This document shows, piece after piece, positions 5,389-14,015 of a stretch of DNA of 14,328 nt. The translations under genes were made by a program, and so were the position numbers. Source of the DNA: Archangium sp. (GTDB taxonomy: Bacteria > Myxococcota > Myxococcia > Myxococcales > Myxococcaceae); NCBI GenBank assembly GCA_031367385.1, contig JANLPS010000321.1:1-14328 (forward strand), given 5' to 3'. The stretch's first letter is position 1, and each line of letters begins with the position of its first letter. The notes under the pieces were generated by a model. The model was not told the DNA's origin. It made no database searches and saw only the letters and a program-made list of their open reading frames with translations.

Positions 5389-7464
5389 GTGGAAACCCTC
5401 GGCCAACCCGTCTGGTTCGGGCAATACCGTCTGACCTCCCGCGTCGCCACCGGAGGCATGGCCGAAGTGTACGTCGGCCGCCACATCACTCCTGAAGGGC
5501 AGTTCGGCCCGATGGTCGCGGTGAAACGGCTGCTGCCGCACCTGGTTCGCGACTCGGCCATCGTTCGCATGTTCTTGAACGAAGCCCGAATCACCGCGCA
5601 GATTCAGCACAAGAACGTCGTGCGCATCTTCGAGCTGGGCAACCAGAACGGTGAGCCCTTCATCGCGATGGAGCTGCTCGAGGGCCGCACCTGGGCCGAC
5701 TTGCGCGCCCGCGCCGCTGAAGAGGGCAAGCGCATGCCGCTGGGCGTCTCGCTCTTCATTCTCACCGAGGCCTGCAAGGGCCTCGACGCGGCCCACAACG
5801 CGGTCGACGACGACGGCAAGCCCCTCGCGCTGGTGCACCGCGACTTCACGCCCGACAACATTCACGTCGGCGTCAAAGGCGATGTGCGGGTCATCGACTT
5901 CGGCATCGCCAAGACCGCCAACTGGGGCAGCGGCACCGAGCCGGGCACGCTCAAGGGCAAGTTCTTCTACATGTCGCCCGAGATGATTCTGGGCAAGGCC
6001 GTCGACCACCGCGCCGACCTCTTCGCAGCCGGCGTGATGCTCTACGAGCAGCTGTGCGGCCGCCGCCCCTTCACCGGCAACAACGTCGACGAAGTGGTGA
6101 TGCGCATCGCCGAGGGCCAGCTGGCGCCTCCGAGCAGCTTCGACCCGTCGGTGCCCAAGGCCCTCGAGCGGGTGTGCCTCATCGCGCTCAACAAGAACCC
6201 CGACTCGCGCTTTCAAACCCTGGGGCAGATGGTCGGAGCGATCGAGGCCATCGGGGGCGAAGCGTCGCTGTCGACTCCCGAAGAGGTCGGTGAATACGTC
6301 AGCAACCTCTTCCCCGAGAAGAGCGACAAGCTGCGCCAGACCCTCAAGCGCGCGCGAGAGGTCGACCCCTCCATCCCCAGCGCGAAGATGACGCCGACGG
6401 GGGGCGTGGTCGCCGATATCCCGCCTCCGAGGGCCTTCGACACCGGAGTCATCGCGCCCAAAGGCATCGGGGCCCCGCCCGTCTCGAGCAGCCCGAGCCA
6501 GGTCGCCGCGCCTCCGAAACGCTCGAAGGCACCGATGATCATCGGCGGAGCACTCGTGCTGATTCTCGCCACCGCGGGCGCGACCTTCTTCATCGCGACG
6601 CAGCACACGGTGACCGCCGGCGAATACCTCACGCGGGCCACCGACGCCGAGAGCGACGACGCCCGCGCCAAGGCCGCGCTCGCCCTGGTCAAATCAGAAG
6701 ACGCCACCGACGCTGAGATGAGCAAAGGCGCGCAGCTCCTCCACGGCGCCAAGCAGTGGGAACCGTTGCTTCAGTACGTCGATGAGTGGCTGGTGCGCAC
6801 GCCCAAGTCGGCCGAGGCCCGGTTTCTCGAAGCCCAGGCGGCCATGCACCTCAAGCGCAGCAAGCGCTTCGAGGCCGCGGTCAAAGAAGCCGCCGCCCTC
6901 GCCCCCGACGACGCGCGAATCGACACGCTCACCGCCGATTTTCGCGAGCTGCAAGGCGACGTACCCGGAGCCCTCGAAGCGTGGACCAAGGCCGCCAAGA
7001 AGCGCCCCGGTGACGTGCACGCGCTCACCCGGCAGGGCTATTGGCTCTCGCAAACCGGCCGGCTCGATGAGGCCAGCGAGGTGCTCACCGCGCTGCTCAA
7101 GAAACAGTACGACGCCGAGGCCGCTGCTGAATTGGGCTTCGTGAAGTTTCGAAAAGAACAATTCGACGAGGCGATGAAGCTGCTCACCAAGTCGGTCAAA
7201 GAGAAGCCCGACCTGATGATCAGCCACTACTATCTGGGGGCCGTTCGCTACCGAAAAGGCGACGTGAAGGGCGCCCGCGCCGAGTACGCCGAGGCCGACA
7301 AGCTTGCCGGGCCCGACTCGCGAGCGCTGATCGCCTGGTGCGAAGTCGAGGCGCAACAAGAAGGCGGCGGTGAGCTCGAAGGCGTGAAGAAGCGGCTCAA
7401 AGAGCGCTTCCCCGCCGAGGCGAGCGCGCTGATCACCCGCTGCTCGGTGCCTCCAGCGCCATGA
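5389..7464 (+). CDS. Membrane-anchored Hanks-type Ser/Thr protein kinase with C-terminal TPR repeats
   Basis: ATGGMAEVY, VAVKRL, HRDFTPDN, DFGIAK, GKFFYMSPE, DLFAAG; Pro-rich linker; TM segment IIGGALVLILATAGATFFIA (about 6538-6597); TPR-like helices (ALTRQGYWLSQTGRLDEA, HYYLGAVRYRKGDVKGA). Confidence 0.95.
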   Translation: METLGQPVWFGQYRLTSRVATGGMAEVYVGRHITPEGQFGPMVAVKRLLPHLVRDSAIVRMFLNEARITAQIQHKNVVRIFELGNQNGEPFIAMELLEGRTWADLRARAAEEGKRMPLGVSLFILTEACKGLDAAHNAVDDDGKPLALVHRDFTPDNIHVGVKGDVRVIDFGIAKTANWGSGTEPGTLKGKFFYMSPEMILGKAVDHRADLFAAGVMLYEQLCGRRPFTGNNVDEVVMRIAEGQLAPPSSFDPSVPKALERVCLIALNKNPDSRFQTLGQMVGAIEAIGGEASLSTPEEVGEYVSNLFPEKSDKLRQTLKRAREVDPSIPSAKMTPTGGVVADIPPPRAFDTGVIAPKGIGAPPVSSSPSQVAAPPKRSKAPMIIGGALVLILATAGATFFIATQHTVTAGEYLTRATDAESDDARAKAALALVKSEDATDAEMSKGAQLLHGAKQWEPLLQYVDEWLVRTPKSAEARFLEAQAAMHLKRSKRFEAAVKEAAALAPDDARIDTLTADFRELQGDVPGALEAWTKAAKKRPGDVHALTRQGYWLSQTGRLDEASEVLTALLKKQYDAEAAAELGFVKFRKEQFDEAMKLLTKSVKEKPDLMISHYYLGAVRYRKGDVKGARAEYAEADKLAGPDSRALIAWCEVEAQQEGGGELEGVKKRLKERFPAEASALITRCSVPPAP

Positions 7465-8162
7465 GACGCGTCGTCATCAACGCAGATGATCTCGGGTACG
7501 ACCCCTCGGTCACCCGGGGCATCTTCGAGGCGATGCGACGCGGCGTGGTCAGCTCGACCACCCTGATGGTCAACACGCCGTACAGTGAAGCGGCGGCGAT
7601 GCAGGCGTACGGGCTCTCGGTCGGTCTGCACTTGAACCTCGCGCGCTGGGGCTCGGTCTCGACGCCCACGCACGAGTTCATCGAGGCCAATGCCCCGCAA
7701 TTGACGCCCGCGTTCGTCGAAGGCGAGACGCTCGCGCAGCTCGATCGGCTCCACGCCCTGCTCGGCCGGCCCGCCACCCACCTCGATGTGCACAAGCATT
7801 TGCACCGCTTGCCCAATGTGTTGACCGGGGTCATCGCCGCGGCCCGAGCGCGCAAGCTGCCGGTGCGCTCTCCTGACGCAGGGGTGCGCGCGGCCCTCAA
7901 CGCCCAAGGCATCGCCACCAACGACCTGATGCTCGGTGACGCAGGCGCCCAAGCGTATTGGACGCTCGAGGTCTTCGAGGCCCAGCTTCGCTCGATGCCC
8001 AGCGACGGCCTGGTCGAGCTGATGTGCCACCCCGGCTACGCGCCCAGCGAAGTGAAGAGCGGGTACGGCGCGCAACGCGAGGTCGAGCTGGCGACGTTCA
8101 CCGCTGTGAAGGCGCGCGAAATTCTCGACGCCCTTGGCATCGCGCCAACCGGCTGGTCGTGA
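7461..8162 (+). CDS. YdjC/ChbG/HpnK-family carbohydrate deacetylase
   Basis: INADDLG, GLHLNL, HLDVHKHLH and ELMCHPG motifs; ATGA overlap with the kinase stop. Confidence 0.92.
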   Translation: MRRVVINADDLGYDPSVTRGIFEAMRRGVVSSTTLMVNTPYSEAAAMQAYGLSVGLHLNLARWGSVSTPTHEFIEANAPQLTPAFVEGETLAQLDRLHALLGRPATHLDVHKHLHRLPNVLTGVIAAARARKLPVRSPDAGVRAALNAQGIATNDLMLGDAGAQAYWTLEVFEAQLRSMPSDGLVELMCHPGYAPSEVKSGYGAQREVELATFTAVKAREILDALGIAPTGWS

Positions 8163-8191
8163 CGCCCTGAAGTGGGTTATGCGCGTCGCCC

Positions 8192-8986
8192 ATGAGAATC
8201 GTTCTTCTGGCGATGTGTGTTGCAGCAACGGCCTGCGGCGTGGGCCCCACCGACAGCATCGACGACTCCGCGTCGTCAGCCGCTGATCTCAAGTCGGCCC
8301 CCAAGGTCGACTCGGTGACCCCGAGCGAGGCCACCATCGGGGTGCTCACCACCTTCACCGTCACTGGCAAGAACCTGAGCGGCCTGCAGTTTCAGCTCAC
8401 CGACTGCGATGGCGTGAAGTTGGTCAAGGGCAGCACCTCGAAGTCGCGCTCGTTCACCTGCACTCCCAATCACGGCCCGGGCCAAAAGGGCGGAGCGCTC
8501 TCGAATGGCTTCAGCTTCAACGTCGTCTCTCGCACCACCTGCACGACCCCGATTGTCGTCGAGGGCTCCTTCGCACCGAGCGGCAATGACACCGCACACC
8601 TCGACTCGCTCTTTCGCGCGCAGAACCCGATCGTCTCGATCGTCGCCAACGGCTCGACGCTCACCCTCACCTCACGCGACGGCCAGACCGGCACGCTGAG
8701 CCTGTCGGGCGCCACCGTCGACGGCACCGCCCTCGCCGGAGCGGATCAAGGCCTCGACGCGTTTCGCATCGTCGACGGCTCGCACCTCGGCCTCTCATCG
8801 CAGGGCCCCTACCAACAGCTCACCGTCGGCCACGCCACGCCCACCGCGCCTTCTGAGGGGTTCATGTTCGTAGACCCCATCTTCAACGGCACCTCGTGGG
8901 CCACCAGCATCTCGGGCAGCGGCAATACCCTGGTGATCTCCGATGTCTTCGGTGCCACCGGCGTGATCACACTGAACTGCAAGTAA
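8192..8986 (+). CDS. Lipoprotein with an IPT/TIG-like domain and a duplicated beta-rich C-terminal domain
   Basis: MRIVLLAMCVAATA-C lipobox; PKVDSVTPSEATIG...FTVTGKNL is typical of IPT/TIG domains; internal repeat at aa 138-171 and 228-261. Confidence 0.8.
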   Translation: MRIVLLAMCVAATACGVGPTDSIDDSASSAADLKSAPKVDSVTPSEATIGVLTTFTVTGKNLSGLQFQLTDCDGVKLVKGSTSKSRSFTCTPNHGPGQKGGALSNGFSFNVVSRTTCTTPIVVEGSFAPSGNDTAHLDSLFRAQNPIVSIVANGSTLTLTSRDGQTGTLSLSGATVDGTALAGADQGLDAFRIVDGSHLGLSSQGPYQQLTVGHATPTAPSEGFMFVDPIFNGTSWATSISGSGNTLVISDVFGATGVITLNCK

Positions 8987-9829
8987 GTGTCGAGCGCCTT
9001 CGTCGACGACGCTGGCCGGGTCAGATCGGGCTGGGTGGTCGCGGCGTTTGCCGTCACCGCGACGGTGGCGCAGGTCATCTTCGGGTTCATCGGCAGCCGA
9101 TTTCACCACGGTGGGGGCCCGTTGCGGCTCGATCAATGGCGTGTCGCGCTCTTCACCTGGCCCACCTTCTTCGCAGCAGTCATCGCGACCCTCGTCTGTG
9201 CCCGCGGGTTCAAAGCCCCCGTCGGCCTCGGAGCGCCCCGCACGATTCTTCTCGGCGTCGCCCTCGCGAGCCTCGCCATGCTCCTGGCGGTCGGCGTGCC
9301 AGTGCTCTTCGATGAAGAAACCCTGAGCTTGCCTGCTTCGGGCCTCGGGGCGGTCGTGCTCAGCGGGGTGCTCCAGCTGATCACCATCGCGCCCACGTCG
9401 GTCGGCGAAGAGCTGCTCTTTCGCGGCGTCGCCTTTCAAGCGCTTTGCCGTGGCATTCGCCCGCTGCCGGCCATCGTGCTCTCGTCACTGCTCTTCGGAG
9501 CCGTTCACCTCTCGAACCCCGGCGCCTCACTCACTGCCGCGGGCAACGTCGCGCTGGTCGGGCTCTGGTTCGGGCTGATCGCCTGGCGCATCTCGCTCTT
9601 CGCCAGCATCGGCCTGCACGTGGCGTGGAATTACTGCGAAGGCTTCGTCTTCGGCCAGCCGGTCAGCGGCATTCAACCCGGCGCTTCACTGCTCGACGGC
9701 ACCTGGTCACTGACCCGGGGGTTCTGGTCAGGGGGCGCCTTCGGCCCCGAGGCCAGCGGGTGGACGACCTGCGTCTTGGTGCTGGGCATCGCCGCGGTGC
9801 TGGCCCTCACGCGCCCACCGATGCGGTGA
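8987..9829 (+). CDS. CPBP (CAAX/Abi) family intramembrane glutamic metalloprotease
   Basis: EELLFRG, LFGAVH, GLHVAWN and GGAFGPEAS motifs; multiple hydrophobic segments; GTG abuts the upstream TAA. Confidence 0.93.
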   Translation: MSSAFVDDAGRVRSGWVVAAFAVTATVAQVIFGFIGSRFHHGGGPLRLDQWRVALFTWPTFFAAVIATLVCARGFKAPVGLGAPRTILLGVALASLAMLLAVGVPVLFDEETLSLPASGLGAVVLSGVLQLITIAPTSVGEELLFRGVAFQALCRGIRPLPAIVLSSLLFGAVHLSNPGASLTAAGNVALVGLWFGLIAWRISLFASIGLHVAWNYCEGFVFGQPVSGIQPGASLLDGTWSLTRGFWSGGAFGPEASGWTTCVLVLGIAAVLALTRPPMR

Positions 9830-9957
9830 GCGACTCGATGGCATTGGTTTCAACCTTTGACTTGGAGATCGTCGCTGGCCCACACGCAGACAGCGCGAGT
9901 GCCATGAACAGGGAGGCCCAAGAACATCGAGGTTCTGCAAACGGGCGATGAGCTCAT
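9807..9957 (-). pseudogene. Frameshifted, truncated lipoprotein gene (DUF4333-like N-terminus)
   Basis: Removing one C at 9911-9913 restores MSSSPVCRTSMFLGLLFMALALSA-CGPATISKSKVETNAIESLTASVGA*, which has an LSAC lipobox. It ends inside the 3' end of the CPBP gene. Confidence 0.55.
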
Positions 9958-10082
9958 AGTGGCCGCGTACCGCCACCAGACCGGTTGTTCGCGCAAGGAA
10001 ACGCTGTCGACGCAATTTTCATTGTTGTTCAGGCGATCTCGAAATACGCGGGCGGTGCATTCCCCCCCCGAAAGGCCTCACC

Positions 10083-10310
10083 ATGAATCGAATTATCTTG
10101 GTTGTTGCAGCATCTCTTTCTCTCTTCACGAGCTGTGTGGCCGCTGAAGTCTGCACCGCGACCGGCACCGACACGGCGAAGTGCACCAACGTGAAGAGCT
10201 GCTGCACGAACGTCTCCTGCCGATACACCGCCGACGGCAACAAGGAGTGGAAGTGCGACGGCCTGTCGACGACCGCCTGCGCAACGAAGGCCACACAGGA
10301 TTGCACGTAA
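10083..10310 (+). CDS. Small Cys-rich lipoprotein (75 aa)
   Basis: AAAGG ribosome-binding site; MNRIILVVAASLSLFTS-C lipobox; 8 further Cys in the pattern C-x9-C-x5-CC-x4-C-x11-C-x7-C-x7-C. Confidence 0.85.
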   Translation: MNRIILVVAASLSLFTSCVAAEVCTATGTDTAKCTNVKSCCTNVSCRYTADGNKEWKCDGLSTTACATKATQDCT

Positions 10311-10771
10311 TTCAAAATCGAAGGCGGTCGTTGGCGGTCAGGGCTGGTGGGTGTGCAGCCCTGGCTGTTTGCTTTTGGGCCGCCAAGTCGTTGTTCGTCA
10401 TACACGCTGAAGTCGAGCCACAGGGTGCTCCCCAATCTCTTGAGCCTGCCACTCCGACCGTCTCGCCGTCAGGGCGGTTCAAGGAGCCGCTCAAACGCGA
10501 GGGGCCTTCAGCGCCGCAACCGCCGGTTGAGGCGCGCCGCGAAATGGTGCTCCAGCCTGCACCCGAGCCCACTGCCGACCCAGAAGAGCGGCTGATCAGC
10601 GGCAACGTCGACGTTGCGACGCTCGCATTGAAGCTGGAGATGGCGAAGGCGGCGCGAGCTCCCGAGGTCGCGGAGCTCGAGCGTCAGTTTGCCGACGCGG
10701 GCAGAATTCAGGCGCAGGTACTCGAGCAAGCGGGTTACCGGCCCAGCGGCGACGCCGGCGCAGCGCAGTGA
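10301..10771 (+). CDS. Hypothetical protein with N-terminal membrane anchor and Pro-rich linker
   Basis: Part of ORF 10181-10771; likely TTG start at 10301 overlapping the upstream stop (start uncertain). RRR followed by a moderately hydrophobic segment (GGCAALAVCFWAAKSLFVI), a Pro-rich stretch and a helical C-terminus. Confidence 0.6.
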   Translation: MHVIQNRRRSLAVRAGGCAALAVCFWAAKSLFVIHAEVEPQGAPQSLEPATPTVSPSGRFKEPLKREGPSAPQPPVEARREMVLQPAPEPTADPEERLISGNVDVATLALKLEMAKAARAPEVAELERQFADAGRIQAQVLEQAGYRPSGDAGAAQ

Positions 10772-10859
10772 CGGCTCAACCAGAGTCCTCGAGGCAAGAC
10801 CTTCGAACGAGAAAAGCAGCCAGCCGCTGCGAAGCCGGCTTGGCCTTCAAGGCCGCAAA

Positions 10860-10888
10860 ACCTGACGCTTTTTTGACCTGACGCGTCA
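10860..10888. promoter_or_regulatory. Candidate regulator binding site: ACCTGACGC direct repeat plus TGACGCGTCA palindrome
   Basis: ACCTGACGC at 10860-10868 and 10876-10884; perfect palindrome TGACGCGTCA at 10879-10888; about 110 nt upstream of ATG 10998. Confidence 0.4.
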
Positions 10889-10923
10889 CGGCCGCGTGGC
10901 AGCTTCGGCGCTCCGAATCGGCG

Positions 10924-10950
10924 TCATTGGTCTGGGCCTTGGGCCGAGAT
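10924..10950 (+). promoter_or_regulatory. sigma28/FliA-like promoter candidate for 10998-13061
   Basis: TCATTGGT-N11-GCCGAGAT, followed by a C/T-rich leader and AGGA (10985-10988). The -35 match is weak. Confidence 0.35.
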
Positions 10951-10997
10951 TCACTCTAGAAGCCCATCTCTCCAATCTTCTTCCAGGACACACCTCC

Positions 10998-13061
10998 ATG
11001 GCTCCAGTCGACAAGAACCTCCCCGTTCGCAATCAGCAAGTGCGCCCTGATGTCGCAGCCCCTGCCGCCAAGCAGGCCCCGGTCGAGGCACCCGTCACGC
11101 AAGCGCCTGCCCAGGTTCAGACCACCAAACCCGGGTGGAAGGGCGAGGTCGCCGGTGTCACCGCGAAAGTGAAAGACGAGATCGCTGACCAAGCGATGGC
11201 CGCGACCCGCAGCGACAACTCCGTGCTCAAGCTGGGCACCGACGTGTTGGGCTTTGCCAGTGTTTCAGGCGAGCTCAAGCTCAAGGCGCTCACCAAAGAC
11301 AACGACATCGACCCGACCCGCGTCGCGAGCGGCAAGGTGTGGAACCAGGCGACCGTCGAAGGCAAGATCTCTGGCGGCACCGAGTTCATTCATGCCGGCA
11401 AGACGGTCACCGCCCGCGCGATTCTGCCCACTGACATCGCCACCAGCGAAGCCACGTTTGGCGGCGTGCTCAAGTCGTTCGGCCAGAACGCCCAGAAGTT
11501 GGCCTCGAGCCTGCCCAAGGGCTTCGACGCCGACGCGCCGTTCAAATCGAAGAACCTGGTGACCCTGCCTCCGGGCTCTGAGGTCTCGGTCAAGTTCGTC
11601 GAAGACTTGAAGGTCGGCGCCGGCAAGGGCGCGAGCGTCTCGGCCGGGCAGTTCAGCGCAGGCGCCTCGGCCGGTATCTCAGACACCATCAGCCGTGAGT
11701 TCGCTCGCAGCGCGTACATCATGCCCGACGGCCGCATCTACGCCGAGGTCGGCGAGACCGCGAACAACACCTTCGGCGCCAACGCCGAGGTTCATGCCGG
11801 CGCAGACATGAGCGGCGCCATCGGCAACGCGATCGAGAAGCCAATCAACAAGACCATCGGCGTCAAGGGCGACCTGGGCGGCAACATCAGCGACGCGAAG
11901 CCGCTCACCATCGGCGGCGTGTTCGACCCCAAAGACCCCAAGCAAATGGCGGCGATGGAGCAATTGTTCGCCGCGAACCCGTACGCGCTCAAAGCCAATC
12001 GCGAACAGGTGATGCAGAAGCTCGCCTCGGTCGGCGTTGGCTTCGACTACGCGGCCGAGAAGCGCGCGGCCGAGCTGCACGCGAACCTGAAGTTCGGCGA
12101 CACCAACCTGCTGCACTTCTCGTCGGTCTCGAAGTCTGAAGACGGCAAGCTGCGCGTGGCGAGCAACGATGGGTCGGGCCTCAAAGAGACCGACCTGTCA
12201 CAGGCGCAGTTCGACAAAGAATACTCGGGCAAATTTCCCTCCTTCTTCATCGGCAAGAACGGCAGCGTGCACGTCGGCGCCACCGAGATCACCAACCCCG
12301 ACGGCACCAAGACCACCGGCGCCTCGATGAGCACGACCATTCAGGTCGACAAGCTCGACGAGGGCATGCTCAGCCGCACCCGTAACCTGCTCACCTCGCT
12401 CGGCGTCGACACCGCCGCGGCCAAGGTCGACGGCGCGGTCGGCGGCAAAGCCGAGCTCAAAGTCGAGTTCGCGATGACCAAGCCGTTCTTCGACAACATT
12501 CAGGCGCTCGGCGGCAACAAAGAGGCTGCCTTGCAGGCGCTGTTCGACAAGAACTTCGCCATCGTCAACGGCGGCCCCGCTCCGTGGAACGACGCCACCC
12601 CCTACCCGTCGATGTACAACCACGGCGCGCTCAAGACCAACCTCGCCAAAGAATTCAACGAGGCGCTGACCGCGTCGAAGCAGCCTCAGGGTGATGGCGG
12701 CGGGTCGGGCAACTTCCGCCATGACTACAACCGGGGCACGGTGACCCCCGCCAACCCCAAGGGCCGCGACTTCGACGCCGACAAGGCTGCCTTCGAGTCT
12801 CGCAACCTGGGCTCACGCGAGCTCGCCGCGGCCGACGGCCCGGCCTCGCAGTGGGGCGGCGCCATCGACGCCATCGGCAAGTCGAAAGACCGCCCGTTCT
12901 TGATCTGGTCGCTCAGCGCGCACGAGCTCGGCGCTCCGTTGGTCAACCTGAGCGCGATCGCCAACGGCGTCGAGTTCAAGGCCACGCCCAACCTGGCCGC
13001 TCGCCCCCAGACCCTCGAGAACGAGGTCGGTCTGCTCACCAGCCGGTGGAACCAGAAGTAA
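10998..13061 (+). CDS. Large hypothetical protein (687 aa), Ala/Pro-rich disordered N-terminus, Gly/Ala-rich beta-strand region, no signal peptide
   Basis: ATG 10998 with AGGA 9 nt upstream; strong C/G-ending codon bias; MAPVDKNLPVRNQQVRPDVAAPAAKQAPVEAP...; no family recognised. Confidence 0.85.
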   Translation: MAPVDKNLPVRNQQVRPDVAAPAAKQAPVEAPVTQAPAQVQTTKPGWKGEVAGVTAKVKDEIADQAMAATRSDNSVLKLGTDVLGFASVSGELKLKALTKDNDIDPTRVASGKVWNQATVEGKISGGTEFIHAGKTVTARAILPTDIATSEATFGGVLKSFGQNAQKLASSLPKGFDADAPFKSKNLVTLPPGSEVSVKFVEDLKVGAGKGASVSAGQFSAGASAGISDTISREFARSAYIMPDGRIYAEVGETANNTFGANAEVHAGADMSGAIGNAIEKPINKTIGVKGDLGGNISDAKPLTIGGVFDPKDPKQMAAMEQLFAANPYALKANREQVMQKLASVGVGFDYAAEKRAAELHANLKFGDTNLLHFSSVSKSEDGKLRVASNDGSGLKETDLSQAQFDKEYSGKFPSFFIGKNGSVHVGATEITNPDGTKTTGASMSTTIQVDKLDEGMLSRTRNLLTSLGVDTAAAKVDGAVGGKAELKVEFAMTKPFFDNIQALGGNKEAALQALFDKNFAIVNGGPAPWNDATPYPSMYNHGALKTNLAKEFNEALTASKQPQGDGGGSGNFRHDYNRGTVTPANPKGRDFDADKAAFESRNLGSRELAAADGPASQWGGAIDAIGKSKDRPFLIWSLSAHELGAPLVNLSAIANGVEFKATPNLAARPQTLENEVGLLTSRWNQK

Positions 13062-13082
13062 ACCCTGCTAAAGCGCCCTCCG

Positions 13083-14014
<932 letters not shown>

Positions 14015-14015
<1 letters not shown>

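Noticed and set aside
5836..5860. Kinase catalytic loop HRDFTPDN lacks the usual Lys, suggesting a pseudokinase
   Set aside because: Ser/Thr at this position is common in myxobacterial kinases, and VAVK, HRD-N and DFG are intact.
5128..6606. 492-aa minus-strand ORF and other long antisense ORFs (e.g. 2386-3162, 7248-8228)
   Set aside because: Shadow ORFs of high-GC genes whose real frames carry clear family motifs.
1753..7464. RCC1 protein and kinase both end in PPAP
   Set aside because: A four-residue match of GC-rich codons in unrelated proteins; likely chance.
8987..9829. CPBP 'Abi' protease as an abortive-infection gene linked to the TA loci
   Set aside because: The Abi label for this family is historical; nothing in the sequence links it to defence.
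10181..10300. Upstream extension of ORF 10181-10771
   Set aside because: Overlaps the better-supported Cys-rich lipoprotein in another frame.
10819..10844. Hairpin as an intrinsic terminator
   Set aside because: Bulged stem, 9-nt loop and no adjacent U-tract on the plus strand; not supportable.
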